Below are positions 14,851 through 28,930 of a DNA stretch of 64,000 bases, in pieces; the stretch's first letter is position 1, and every line of letters starts with the position of its first letter. Below the pieces are notes generated by a model. The model had not been told where the DNA came from. It made no database searches and saw only the letters and a list, made by a program, of their open reading frames with translations. The position numbers and the translations under genes are program-made. The stretch comes from Lingula anatina. Its lineage: Eukaryota > Animalia > Brachiopoda. The stretch lies in NCBI GenBank assembly GCA_051362555.1, contig CM120641.1, forward strand, positions 25,612,401 through 25,676,400, in the 5' to 3' direction.

Positions 14851-15656
14851 GTCCGAAACTAAAATGTCCTTATAATTTATCAGATACCGCTATATAGTAT
14901 CTCTGTTTTACGTGTTGAGATGTCACAATCGCTCTAGACGTGCGTCAACACTTGACTTGTATCGTTTGTTATTCATTTACCAAATGTCCTGTGGAATTAT
15001 CATTAATACAACATCAGTACCAGAACAGGCCCTTGGGTCGCAATTGTGTTATCTTGTCTGCGATAACCCCCTCCCCTACTCCAAAAAATGAAAGAACATA
15101 AAAAAGGGGGGTTTATCAATACTTTCACATTACTGATCATGATTTTACCAAGATGATGTTATTTTACTCAAGTGTATTAACAATTTAAAGTATAAAAATT
15201 CGCGGAAGGAGTTATAAACTACAAAGGTTCGTCTATGCCAAAAAGGCAAAGTTCAAAACCTTTTCACAAATTCCTTTTTATCACTGATGATCTTATAAAT
15301 ATTTCACCTATTAGAAGTTTGCCAAAGTTTCAAGTTGGTCTAAGTCTACAACAACACTTGTGGACCTAGTATTTGCTGAGGGGAGGGGGGGGGGCGAACA
15401 AGGACAGGCCTTTCTAGAATTACGAGGGCATGCGCCACCCAACTACCAGAGTTGCACTCTTCGACAATTTTTATCGATCCCCTTCTGCATTGTAACAGGC
15501 TTCATTTTATCAAAAAAAGAAAGAAATTCGACAATTTTAGTGCTATGGTGCGACATGGATCTACACAGTCTACAACAAGAGACAAGACATGAATTACCAT
15601 TACCAAAGCATTACCAAACTAGACTAATCAATGTGTTTAACGCTTGTTTTTTCGCT

Positions 15657-15658
15657 AA

Positions 15659-15689
<31 letters not shown>

Positions 15690-15691
15690 AT
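15657..15691. repeat. (AAAT)n microsatellite
   Basis: Direct read of tandem AAAT. Confidence 0.9.
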
Positions 15692-16347
15692 ATTAAAAGA
15701 ATGCAAAATTACGGAAAACAAATAAACCAGTGAGTGGTGAGAAAACAAAATCTACGATATAAGACGTTCAGCTAAAATCCCAGCTTACGTAAAAATACAG
15801 TCAAATCAAAGACACACTCGAGGATCCCATTGGGGAGGAGTGGTAGTGATCACAGTTCACGGGAAATTAAATCATTAACTCACAAAGCACAGTAAATAAA
15901 ACTTAATTCATATCTTGCTGATAATGCAAATCGAAATCCCGAAGACTTTGTTTCACGAAAAGGGCGAAGAATAAAAAGCCGCATTCACGAGCCACGGGAA
16001 TTGGGTTCCTCATGGGTCACGCTAAATAATATGCACGTTTCACGCATCTCAGTGAAAAAAAATTGGCTGTCACGGGTAAAGAAAAAAAAACAAAACAATG
16101 GGAACCTGACACACTTGTACCCCTACACTAACCTGGGATAGATAGTTAAAATATTGATTAACATGCTTTAAATATCGTTTAGAATAAGAACAAAACTGCA
16201 ATATATTGGAGCTCAACGGAAGATGTTTCGGATTGGGGATATCGAGATCGCTCAAGTGGTGTTGTTTCCGATCCGCTGTTAAAAAAACTGACGGTAAATG
16301 TAACACAAAGTCCACATCCATTACATTCACACAGTTGAGGATAAGCG

Positions 16348-16355
16348 TGACGTCA
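16348..16355. promoter_or_regulatory. Palindromic CRE (TGACGTCA) in a CpG-richer segment upstream of the ABCA gene
   Basis: Exact TGACGTCA followed by an AGGTCA half-site at 16358. Function is untested. Confidence 0.3.
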
Positions 16356-17466
16356 GAAGGTCAAAATCTAGGACGGGGCTCACCTGTACAAATCGATGGG
16401 AACCGAACCCTGCATGACAAGGGACTCTCTCTCGGATATGACAACGATGATGTAGGCTGGGGTTGGAGATCGGGCTTCAGTCGGCATTTCAAACACCCGT
16501 TGCGTACACAGCAGACGGGGAATCTAATGTGATTAATATTTAGAAATTACTAATCAGGCTACCTAAAACAATGACCCTCTCCCTGTCTAGATCACCGAGG
16601 AAAGCTCACCGTGCAAGCAGTGGCTTTCCCCATGTCCTCCTCTTCAATCTTCAGGCCAGCGCAAGGACAGCTGGCAAGGCACTTGGTAGAACTGAACTTT
16701 TTTTATTTCAGTTGTAAAGACATGTTATAACGATTTTAAATAATGACGACCTATTGTACACTTTGTACCACAAAATGCTGTTAATCGCGGTGAAAGTTTC
16801 ACCACTTTAGTAAGGGTCATAAAAATGGGTTAATCGAAATGAAAGATTACATATTTTCCGCTGTATGTTTCAGGTGAAGAAGACCCATGGTGATAGGCCA
16901 GCCCTGGGTGTTTGGGAGAGTACATCCGTTTTATCAAAATAGTAAAATGTATATTCTGTGCACTGTCGAGTCACATAAGTGAGACAAAAATGTGACAACC
17001 AATATCTATTTTATATATCTGTGAATGAATCAGATAAAATGACATCATTTTCACACTAAAACCATCTAAAAATACATATACGGAACTATCGGGAATTATT
17101 GTTGCGTTTTTCACATCATTAATCATTAAGGGCACCAACATACCTGAGAAAAATTATTCCACCGCAAACGATCCCGGATATCAAAAAGGGGGAGTGGTAA
17201 ATTCTGTCACCTTAAATAAAAAATGACCCTACTTCTCTTGCTGTCCTATATTGCACAAGACTTCTACGCTTGTCTCTTTAGTATGTTTACACTGTGTCCA
17301 TAGCGTCACTTTTTATGATGAAGTTATGCTGGACACTAATAGCATTTTTCTGACAAATATGTGGTAAAAATCCTGAGCAGAAGTTTTCTTGTTTCGTTGA
17401 TTTTCCTTATCTATTTAGTCTCGAGCTGATTTCTTGGTCATCGTATTAAATCCAAGTGTGTTGCAG

Positions 17467-17490
17467 GTGTGTGTGTGTGTGTGTGTGTGT

Positions 17491-17523
<33 letters not shown>
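17467..17523. repeat. Compound (GT)n(GA)n microsatellite
   Basis: Direct read. Confidence 0.95.
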
Positions 17524-20500
17524 CATTGTACTTGTATTAACATAAAAATCAAATCCATTAGACATGGTAATAGTCGTTGTCAACATTACGGTGAACATAA
17601 CAAAAACACTCAACTTTATGGGCTGATTTAATAACATTGCCTTATAATACAAACTGTGTTCTGTAAATTAGGGTGCCAGTATACAAAGGAATTATTAGAT
17701 ACTTGAAGCCCCCACCTCAATATTATGCAACGTTTTATAAGTGTGTTGTGGGATAATGACATTCTCGATGCAACTGTCGATGCGTGCTATTACAAGTATG
17801 ACGTTTACCACTGCTGTCGGTCCTGTCAGGTTAGATACTCAGTAATCGGACTAGTGTATACGGAGTCGAATGCTAGAAAACCCAACTTTCAGTACATGCC
17901 GGAAACTATTGTTTCCTATCAATTTTCTGTAATATCCGCCTTGCCTACAGCGCAACACTATTTATTACTATAATTTTCAGAACTGAATTACATTATCTAG
18001 AGAGTGATACTTTCTAATTACCTGAACGACAACCGGAAAGATCGCCAATCAACTTCACCCCTTCACAACACCACTGCAATACCAGCAGGTTGACCCTACA
18101 TATAGCCCCTTTAACATTAAACCCTAAGGTGGTTCGGCATGTTATAAAATATGTTTCATTTCGGCTTCAGGAAAGGGCAACTGAAGACAAAAGGCTTCTG
18201 CTTGCACACTCTGAAGGCAGTGAAGGAGATATCTAAGGGCTAACAAGCACAGTTAGTGGTCCGAGTGTCGGACAGAATCCTGTCTGATTATTCTGTCCAA
18301 ACTTGATTAATTCCCGAAATTTACCATTCCACTAACCTAGACCTCAACCTAGACTATACATACAGTCTACAAACGCTTTCAATATCTTGAAACGCCACCC
18401 AGGGAAATATCAGGATGTACTTAGAAAGAGTATGGACCGTAAAAAACTAGTGCACTACGACTCTGTTGTCTTGGTAACTGGTGGGAAGATCTTGTTACTC
18501 CTTATTTTGTAGGCCGCAAGGCTGAATACTGAGTTGGCACTGAAAATGCCAGACACGTTCACCCCGTGTTTCTTTCAGGTCTTTTAGCATGATAGTTTCG
18601 AGACAGCTTCGAGACATACTTCCAACAATGAAGCGATACGTACTCGACGATAATTGTTAAGTGAAATGCTTATTACTGCTCTCGTTCGTGTCTTTTAAAG
18701 CACATTCACAATGGACTTACATTTATGATATTACACATTTTTATGGGTTACAGCTTATTGTTAGATATAAATCTTACATCATTGGTTTGCTTCACTGGCA
18801 GTTCAACATTGGTCGTAATGACAATCAATAATCCTCTAAAATCTAATCATGTCTAATAGCCAATATCTTCAATTGTAAATTCTAAATATTCCCAAGCGAA
18901 TTGTTATTCACCAATATAGTCGTATAGTGTATAGCAGTAGGTAAGCACGATAAACTCCGTGGCAAATTTGCACATGTGCACACTGTATATCTTGTAAATA
19001 TTCAGAAAACCACACTTTCTACCGTTTCCAGGACACCAAGCATGATACCGTAGACCTTAGAGCAGCATGGAGCAGCTGTATAATAAGGAACACAGTGACC
19101 CGTTAGCTTTACTGAAGGGCGAGTGTACATAGCATGACGCTTCCAGGAGCGTGTCGTGGGTACATGTACCTAGCTTTCTACAACCACTGACCATCAATTC
19201 TGGTCAGTGGGTCGCACGGAAGACGTCGATAAAAATATCAGACACCAGATGAATTTAATGCTCGTTTAGCAACAACATTATACTGTATAGGCATTTTATA
19301 TGACGAGCGATGCGCCTTACCTCTCAACTCCGCCGTCGAATAATAATCAGCTATAGTATGCCCATGCCCGTCCCAGTTAATCCTGTTTGTTTTCTACGGC
19401 GGATCGATCGAACGCGAAGGTTCCCAAAAGTAAACGTTTACACAAAAGCAGAACAAAGGAAAGTGCTCGTGACTGCCTCTTTACGCTGGGCGTTACTCCG
19501 TGCCAATTCTATACTCCTTGTGCTTTGCGGTTGTGAAATACTTGCGATGGTGGTGGACAATTAAGTTTCTCACATAAAAGACGCTGACCCGGTTTTTGCA
19601 CCTTGCCTGTGGTGTGAACCAGAGCGCGTTAAGAGTATTCGGTCAATATGCCCCAGAAGACACAAATAACCACGTCAGTTTTGTCTGATTGATTCGCAAA
19701 AGTTGTGTTTAGTGAGCAGATCAGAATGACCGTTATGAAAATTTTTCTCATAAACAGGAACTGGAATTGCGACGTTATGTATAAGCAGAATAAATACAGT
19801 GTACTGTAAATAGATCCTGTTCCGATAGGCTTTACCAACATGACGTCGTACCGGCGATGAAAAGATAATACATTTGGCCAATTCTTGCGAAATGACGATA
19901 CGAGGTCAACCGAGGGGGAAAAAATCATAAGTCTTATTGTACCAAGATATGATGCCCGATAAGTGACAGTGAGGCGAGATTGATATCAAGGGCCTACATC
20001 TTGAGGACGACTAAATTAAACTACGAGTATTATAGTTTATAATGATCTGATTTCTGATGTAAGCCTATGATTATTTTATTAAATCGTTATGAGGTTATAT
20101 GGTCGCTGATTTTGCATCATGATTTTTCCGTCCAGAGCGTTGTTAATTTGTTTAATTTTTATTATTTTGTTGTCATTCTCTGTACTGTACCTGTGCAGTT
20201 TATGGGAAAAATTGTACCGTGTTGTGAATCAACATTACGTTTTGTGGAGAGACACATTTTAGCACAAAAAAGTGCCAACGACAATTATTCACTTTGTTAC
20301 AAAGTTATGAAATTCATTCGGACAATTTTATATTTTCTTTACCGGGTAGTTAACTGCGCAAAACTACACTGTGTTGATCCAACTAATTCCCAGCGACTGT
20401 TTTGTGGTTGATGTGACAAGACATCAGCGCAACAACCACAATGTGTACATTTTTTGCGCGTATGTCTTCAGCCAAGTTTTACTTTTGAAGTTCCGGTGTA

Positions 20501-21345
20501 ACAAGAAATGGCAGAACATATTATGCTGAAGCGTAAATGCTAAAGCGTGAAAAAAAAATTCTCATTCATACTTCTCATTAATTACACTTCTGCTTTAAAC
20601 ACCGACTCAAGTTCCTACACATTAAATATAGACCAATTATACAAAAATATTGTATCAATATTCAAGTTTAACTAATTGGCATGTGTGAAAAAAACGTCAA
20701 CAAGTTATTTTGATAACCAAAGAAAATAGACGATGCTATCAAGTTGGATTGGCATTTAGAAAACGAATGCTGGTTTGGTCTTCGTTTGTCTTTTATTGAG
20801 TAAACCAAAATGAAGATATACAGCAGGATTTATAAATTACAACTCAGTGATAAACCATTAAAATCAGCTAGTGAACCATGAGCAAAACTGGAGAAATTAA
20901 AAAAAAAAACTCATTTTCAAAAATACTGCCACAGATCCATAAAAAAGTTGTACAAAAGAAATGAGTAGCGTTTACATTCACTTGACCATTTACATTTTGC
21001 TTGTAGTATCCACAAACATTATTTGTTGATAAAATTGCACCATGTTCAAATAAATGAATAAAAAGTCATTTTGTATAAATGTATATAAACATTTTAGCAT
21101 ATATATATATGCAAATAAACATCATTTTTTTTAATATATTCACCACTTAAAAAAGACATTCAAATCACTTTTAAAAAGACTGCATAAATGATATCAATTC
21201 TTTAAAATACTTCATGGCTGAATGAGAGCTATTACGATTTTGTTAAAAAACAAGATGACAGTCGGAAGGAAGCGTACAAAGATACTAAGGCTTGTTGAAG
21301 AAAATTCCTTGGTGTCCTTGCTTTGGGAAGGCCTCTCAAACTCTC

Positions 21346-24300
21346 TCAAGATAACTTGGAGCACTTAACTGGTTGTTCAGAATCTGTGAAAACAAATAAA
21401 ATGTCTTTTATCACTGATAATAATAAACCCAAATTTAAACGTGTATTCAAATTCAGTGTAGAAGAAATCTAAATATTTCAGCGTAGAAGAAATCTATATT
21501 ATTTCTAAAGCTAAATATTCTCTCAAAATATGATGAGAATAAGATTCATTAAGAACATTTTTTTTTTCAATATCTCATATGCACATTTGCTTGAGGTTGT
21601 TTTATTTCAGCAAATCAATTGTACTTAAATATATCCAGGCTAGGTAATTCATTTGTATGCACACTAACATTGTACCACAATGTCTATCCATTGATTTGTA
21701 ATAAGAATCCCATTCAAAACAAGTTTCACACTTCTCAAATGTCTCAAACAAATTTGTGAAGGTAAATGACTGCATACCTCTTAGAAATTGTGAAAATAAT
21801 GTCCAGAAAAGGACAGTAACATTAAGGGTGCAGTTGAAGCTAGTTGACATGTAAAATCATTGATATTAAACCTAACCAAATGCCACCATATAGTTTCCAA
21901 TAGTATAACTTAAAAAAAAAAAAAAACAACAAAAGTTATACTTTCATATTTCCTGAAAAAACATTATTTGCACAGATATTTGGTGCTTTCTTTCTGTGGT
22001 ATATATAACCTGGTTTGCTTTTGCCAACACTCATTTGAGAAATTATGTTACTGTGTATGCAGCAGTAATGTCCATACATTGCTACATCATTTGGTGGACT
22101 TTTATGAAAAGGAGGAACAGATAAGTAAGTAGAGCTTGTGAACAGAAATAAAGAGAAAGTGACGTTTTCAATTTTTTTTTGGCTGAGTGATTAATTTGGT
22201 TTATCCTTTAGCATGTGAGATTTATTCACGCCAAATAAACTGGAAAGTAGTGATTTAAATGCATTACAGGGAATCTACACTCGCTTCATATGTAACTTTA
22301 TAGCAATGTGCTGGTAAGTTTGGCACTGTGTTAAAAGGATGGAGTCATTTGGAATGCTGAAATTGCTGTAGACCTCCCCCACCATACCATTAAAAACAGC
22401 ATCTGATCCATCCAAGCAGTCCACCAACCATTCTGCAGATTCTGCAGTGCCGAGTCTGAAAAAGTGGAAGTCATATGTTTTCTTTATCAGTGTTTATTCA
22501 TCTGTCAAGAGGAGCAACAGTTGGTAGTTGCTCTTAAATAATACAGGGATTCAAAATTAGGACAAATCTTTACAAGACAATGCTTGAAATCTCCATCAGC
22601 TTCAAGTATCTTCAAGTTTCTTTTAATAAACAAGTGAAAAATTACCAAAGAAAATCAGTATATTAAAATGAAAGGCACGTTTACGAAAAAGAAATAATAA
22701 CACACTGTTAATTCAGTGCTGTGTTTGCTTAAGGCAAGTTCTGGGCTTAGAAAAAACTTTGATGTCCTTTTTTGTAAGTTGATCACTTCATCAGAATTTT
22801 ATCTAGCAACTTACTTTACTAATGCAACACTGTCCTTTTCCCTTTCACACAATTTCACTTCAACAACTTGTCCATAATTTATTAAAAATTCTCTTAATTC
22901 TTTTATGCACAGTTTTTGAGGCAATCCTTCTATTCTGCACACATGGTCTCCTTTTATGGAAAAATCAGTATCCTCTGTATTTTCAGAAAAATTTGCTTCA
23001 GCATTCTTTACATGTTTTTTCTTTGCTTTATGTCTAATTTTGCTTTTAGTCGAAGTGACTTTTGTATCACTAGGTGGTTTCTGGGCATTTGCAAGCTTTG
23101 GAAAGTCTTCTTCAGTGAATTTTGGATCAGTGTCCCTTTTTTTCACATGACCAAATCCTTGATAAGAAGATTCAAAAGGTTCTAATAAAATTGAAGAAGG
23201 CAAACTGGAATTTTGAAGACTAGTGCTGCATTTTGATAATTCCAATAAGTTTTCAGAACCACTTGCAGGAGAGGTAGATGATTTGTCTTTAGGGAACTGA
23301 AATATATTTGAAAAGAAAACAGTTATACACTTAAATATTTTGAAAATCCACTAAATGAAGTGAATGATTCACACCACACAGCAGAACTATAAAATAGAAG
23401 TAACATCTATCACATTTAAAGCACATATCTTCAAAACTTTTATGTACAATCATAGAACTTTGGTGTGAAGACCACTGCTGGAGTGAAGTTGTAAAGCACC
23501 CACAATGGAGATCATACAAGATGGCCCAAAATCTCACAACTAAGTATTAAAAAAAAAAAATCAAGTGAGATTTTGCAAGAAAATGGAGACAGAAATAATG
23601 GCAGACTAGCAACTGCAGTGAAACAACAGGTTTTTGCATGTGTTTTAGTCTCGAAGTGCAGACAGCTTCATTTAGGCTTTCTCAGATATGATTCTCATTA
23701 TTTAGACCATACTTTTTAATTTTATTGCCAACTCAAAAATATGTATAAAAATATATAACAGATATTCCTAGACTTAGTTTTTTCATTCCAGTGATACAAT
23801 GTACATGTGTACCACCTTTTATGGACAACTCATGCAATTGATATTTACCCCTAGTTTTCCTGGTTTGTGGTCAGTGTTTTGTCTTTTGTCTGTCAGTAAC
23901 CGTGCTCTTCCCTTTCCCACTTTGGGCAATAGAGCCTAAAATTAAAACAAAAAGCATTGCAGTATATCTTTTCTCATGCATATAAAATGATGGCAAAACT
24001 CTGTTTAGCAACATGTTGATAAATAACCAATGACTATGAAGATTTCAATAGACACACTTTTTTCAATAAAATCATAATTTTTGTGCATCTATTTTTTCTT
24101 TTCTTAATACTGAAAAATATAAACAGCAAAATATGGAAAATTTAAAATAAACATTTTTCCTTAGAAAGAAATACACATTCTTTAAGTGTAAGAGAAAAAT
24201 TTGAGTACAATCCATCTAACATTAAAATACGGCATACAGTATAAAATGTTAGCTATGGCATACATATGGCAATTTAATTTACAGTAAAATCTTTTTGAAA

Positions 24301-24746
24301 TATTACACCCAATTTTTTTTTTTTTTGCAATATAGTAGACAAGTGTGGTATTCTGAAGTTGTTTTCTGTAGTTTTAAGATCCATTAACCATTCTCATCCT
24401 CAACACAACAGTGTGATAATGGCATTCTTGAACTGTACCACATATCAAATTTCTATTTTAAATTCCAATGACCTATAATCTAAGGTAATTAGACTAAACT
24501 GTTACTAGTATCCCTACCATCATAAAGATATATTATGTACTATACCTGTTGCTGCTGGAGTAGCTCCACTTTCAGGGCATCTGGCAGCCTCATATCTTGA
24601 AGTCTTAGTTTACATTTTCTTTTCCCTCTTCCTGAGCAATTTAGTAGTGGAGTTGATTTTTCAAAACTTCTGTAATTGAGGGCCTCCTGCTCAGCAACGA
24701 CCTCAAAATGGAAATCTTCTTCAAACAATCTCCATCTGTCAGACAT
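21346..24746 (-). CDS. Uncharacterised 291-aa protein with low-complexity N-terminal half and C-terminal RRM domain
   Basis: Exons 24546-24746 (ATG preceded by an in-frame TAA), 23849-23935, 22815-23296, 22388-22455, 21346-21383 join in frame (876 nt). The C-terminus VCRIEGLPQKLCIKELREFLINYGQVVEVKL...SVALVKLGTAESAEWLVDCLDG fits the RNP2/RNP1 RRM pattern. A CpG-rich probable non-coding first exon has donor G|GTAAGC at about 25058. Confidence 0.75.
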
Positions 24747-25258
24747 ATTTTAAGAAGTACGGTATGGGGTCTGCAAAAAAAGACAAGACTGCATATGTAT
24801 GTGTATGTGAAACTATTCATACACATAATTCTACTAGAGCAGCATTAGTCTGTTAAGTCTGGTTCAGTGGACAATGAGTGGTGGTGCCACTGGTTTTGGA
24901 GGGGTACAGGTATGTAGAAGTCATAAATTTAACGTGTATTTCCCCGCATAAAACTCCTACTTGAGGTTTATCGTTAAGTACATATTCTACTCTTAAAATG
25001 TAAAATTTAAAGATTAAAATAATTGAATTATAGCTCATAACAAAGACGCCGGGCTTACCGTCGCCCTTCACTTGTGTACAGTCCAAATCCTGACGGCGTA
25101 CATGCAAGGATGGACCTAGCCTCGGTTTCGGGTACAATACCTCCGACGCATTTGATTCAAGTGCCACTTTAGAGCACTCTCATAAGTGGCTTTGGTGTTA
25201 TGCTGGGACCTATTTTACATGTAATAATGAGTCCAAGTACAAGTCATATGTAATGTAT

Positions 25259-25425
25259 CAGATGCGGATCCAGAGATATTTTCTGACAGTCTTTCCAATT
25301 ATCTTTATTGATCTATTCTCTATTTTTGACCGTCTTCCAACAGAAAAAATTAGGTACCCGTCAATGTAAACTTTAAAATCTGACCGTCTTCCGAAGACCC
25401 AGAAGACGGCCTAAATCCGCCCCTG
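25259..25425. mobile_element. hAT-type MITE (degenerate)
   Basis: Termini CAGATGCGGATCCAG ... CTAAATCCGCCCCTG resemble the common CAGGGGCGGAT...ATCCGCCCCTG hAT MITE TIRs. No clean 8-bp TSD. Confidence 0.5.
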
Positions 25426-26926
25426 TGTATATTCATGCTAAGATCTAATATGCCGTTTATTAGATCTTAGATTCATGTAAATAATGTTAACATTAAACTC
25501 TAGATGGAATATTTTCTATTTATAATTTGTTAATTGCAGAAACATATATAAGTGCTCATGTTTGCAAATGTATTTGAATAAAAAATTAAGTAATGTTTTT
25601 GAAATGTCTTTTTAATGTGCTGGTATTGAAACTTCTTTAGAAAATGAAATTTCACCAGTTTTCATATACGATGGAGGTTTTGTTGCAACAAAGTATGAGA
25701 TTTCTTTAAAATCAATAATACCCGAAAGATAAAAATGTCTAGTTTCAAGAATAAACAGTGTGAACAAAGTCCAAAACAGTAATAATTATTTGTCATGACA
25801 TGGACTACATGAGAAAATACTTTCCCCGATATGCCATATATTCCACTGGCAGTGTCAGTCTGCAGCATTATAACCACTGGTCCTTCGCCCGCAGCCAGGT
25901 AACTTTTGTTTGGACCAGCATATTTTTCAGAATGTGTGAATTTAGTGATCCAGCATGGCCATTAGATTTTCTCTATAAATTTTCAAAAAAGCTTTTGATT
26001 TAATTAATTTTTCAAAAATGCAACTACATGATTCTAAAAAGGAAAAAAAACAACAACAAATGTTTGGCAAAATCAAGGTCTTGTTATTACTAATATTATT
26101 GCTATAGGGCAAAATATACAGTTGAAAATGTCAAGTTGATATTTTTATTCAGGCTTGAGAATCCCGATTTGGACCAGTGGAATTTAGGTTAGTGCTAGTC
26201 CAAATGGCCAGTAAGCTGAAAAGTTTATGACTGCATTTCAATAAATATTAAGTTCTTCTGCAATGAAATAATCTGAGCCAGTCCCATTGCATGCTGATGA
26301 TGTTACTATGGTAATTAAAACCACTCAGTCATTACTTTTTGTTGTTCACATAAAAAAAAAAAAACTTGATCTGACATCCCTAGCTTGTTAAGCTGTAAAT
26401 GTCAAAGTTTGTAACATGCAGCTGATACACAATCAATTTTATTGCAATATTTCATGACAGTGCAAACTATTACAATATATTTGGTTTAGTACATGTAACA
26501 TTTTTATTCAATAACAACCTTGGAAATGGCGAGGTACAAATTACATACTCATATACAACATAACAGCTGTAATGGTTGTATAGTAACAATATATAACACA
26601 AAAAGTGAAAATATCACAGTGTGACAATTCTCCATACAGAACATTAAATAAGCAATATATTTTCATAAGTTATAAAGCAAAGTGATTAAACAACACAAGA
26701 TACTACATGTAGTAACATTTTTAAAGTTCTCATGCAGTCTGCAATGTTTGTATATGCCCCTCACTGAATGCCAATAAAATCGATGTGTGGGTCGCTAAAA
26801 TTTTAAAAATTTAAATTCAGTTTATGGCCATTGTTTCTGCTTTGTTCCAGTCTCAAGGGCCAGACAAAAGGTTAAAAGTTTTGGCACAGATTGTTCATGC
26901 CAAATAAAGGAAGTCAGGAATGAGTT

Positions 26927-28563
26927 TCACTCTGGTATTTCATCAGGTACATCTTCCATTTGCTCTGGTTTAGCTCTCCTGAACCATTCTGTCCAAGAGC
27001 CATCATAGATCTGAACATCATCTTTGCCACATAGACTTGCAGCAACAGCCAAGGTACAGGCAGTAACACCTAGAAATTTAATTCTTTTTCTAAATTTAAC
27101 GTCCCAAATCTCAGAACCATTAGATATGCAAAGTCTTTTTCTCTTATGCGCACTCAAATTTTGTTGTATAAATTAAGTTGCCTTGAACTATTTGAAAGAA
27201 ATTGAATGACATCATTTTAACAACTGTTTTCTTTCATGTTTCTAGTTAGTAGTACATAATTTTATGATGTGTTTCAGTTACTTTTAGTACATGTACCATC
27301 CAACTTTTAACTATAAAATAAATAATGTTAACTTTTTCACATGACTTGAGTTTTATGTCTACAAAAAAATAATTGTTTCTTTCTCTTATTATCATAATCA
27401 AAATCAAGTCAACTGACACGCAAACTGCTAATTCAAAAGTCAATTTTGAAATGTTGTTTTCACAAAAGAAATAAATAAATAAAAAGGGAAAATCAACAAC
27501 ATATACCTGAACCACACGAAAAAGTCACAGGTTTCTCTAGATCTACTTCAAAGTCTGCAAACATTTTCCTCAGTTCCTCTGGAGATTTCCATGTTTTGGT
27601 TGTTTTGTTCATCACATTATGGAAAGGTATATTCAGAGAACCAGGTATATGGCCAGGTTTGGTGTCTGGAAAAATAAACACAAATCATGTAGTTTGCATC
27701 AAGGCAGAAGTTACAGAGGTGTTATATGAAGTTATAAGAAATGTTTTATGAAGTTTTATGAGATGTGTGGCCTTGTGACAAGAATCCTAGCTGCTGTTTG
27801 GTCAAACATTCATACATTAGCACCCCTTCATTGTTTATTTACTATCTCTGTTACGTACCATTTGTGCTAAATACTATTTGTGTTAGCAAAAAAAGGACAT
27901 ATCAGAGAATGTAAGTAAGAGTGCTAACATATGAAGTGAACTTCATGCCACTACCCAGTATATTAATGCAGTGTCCTTACCAGCTCTTGGTTCAGGGGCT
28001 GTGCCATGAAATCTACCAGATGCTCGAGCATCCACAAGCTGGTGGTGCTTCGTCTGTATGTTCTTTTCGACATCTTCAAACCTCCAAACCAGTGACGGAT
28101 TGAACATTGCTTTAAAAATCTGTCGTTCAACTTTAGGGATTTCCGATGTTAATGAATGCCCTTCCTTGGACCACTGACATAAGCCACCATCAAGAATGGA
28201 AATTGCAGAATGTCCAAATACTCTAAAATTCCACCAACATCGCTGAGCTGAGAAAATGCCGAAGTTTTCGTTCGTGTCATAAACAATAACGTGTGTGTTA
28301 TTGTTTATACCCAAATTTCCAACATAATCTTCAAACTGTTTTGCGGAAGGAAGCATGTGAGGCAAGTCTGTCTCGTGACTGCAACATTCATCTATGTCAA
28401 AGAACAGTGCTCCTGGTATGTGCTGCTGCAAATATTCATTACTCGCAACTCTTTTGCTTGATGGAAGGTGCCAAGAACAATCCAAAACGCGTACGTTGGA
28501 CTGATTAGAAGCGATTTTCTCAGCCAGCAATTTCACAGATATGAGGGTGGATATTCTACTCAT
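26927..28563 (-). CDS. MPST: 3-mercaptopyruvate sulfurtransferase (tandem rhodanese domains), 294 aa
   Basis: Exons 27981-28563, 27507-27665, 26927-27069 join in frame (885 nt). Motifs [50 protein letters not shown]. The spliced active-site loop reads CGSGVTAC, the MPST type (TST/rhodanese has CRKGVT). Confidence 0.93.
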
Positions 28564-28930
28564 GATGCTGCCTCGTTAGCGTCTGGGTGTTGGAGGTTTC
28601 ACGCCTTTAAATATGCTCAGATTTTTGTTCTGATCATCCAACGTGACTCCGTTGAAACGTGACGTTTTTGTTGTTGCGTGCGTCCAGCAACCTTATTTGC
28701 ACCATTCACTGACCTCTCAGGAGTCAAGGCCAAATGATCAAGGTCAAACCCTTAGGATATCTTTTTTAAACAGCGATATATTTTTCATGTCTATAACACT
28801 ATTGTGTCCATAAATACGTGTTTGCGTTATATAGATGTTGGAATTTTAAATAAAGAAAAGCGAAAATGAAAATATCCCTCTTAGAATACTCTTAATTTTA
28901 ATTTGTTGTAAGCGAATGATACTTACCAAG
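28564..28930. promoter_or_regulatory. Bidirectional promoter between MPST and COPS3 (367 bp between start codons)
   Basis: Divergent ATGs at 28563 (-) and 28931 (+); CpG-richer sequence; YY1-like AAGATGGC overlapping the COPS3 ATG; TCAAGGCCA at 28724-28732 and TCAAGGTCA at 28738-28746. Confidence 0.75.

Noticed and set aside
24853-25167. 104-aa ORF as a coding first exon of the RRM gene
   Set aside because: It has a non-ATG start, and the next exon has an in-frame TAA just before the ATG at 24746. More likely a non-coding first exon.
25170-26926. MPST-RRM gene bicistron or operon
   Set aside because: MPST has poly(A) signals near 26440 and 26505, and the RRM gene has its own CpG-rich 5' exon.
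28564-28705. Mitochondrial presequence extension of MPST
   Set aside because: An in-frame TAA lies five codons upstream of the ATG, and the upstream ATGs (28705, 28637) are out of frame.
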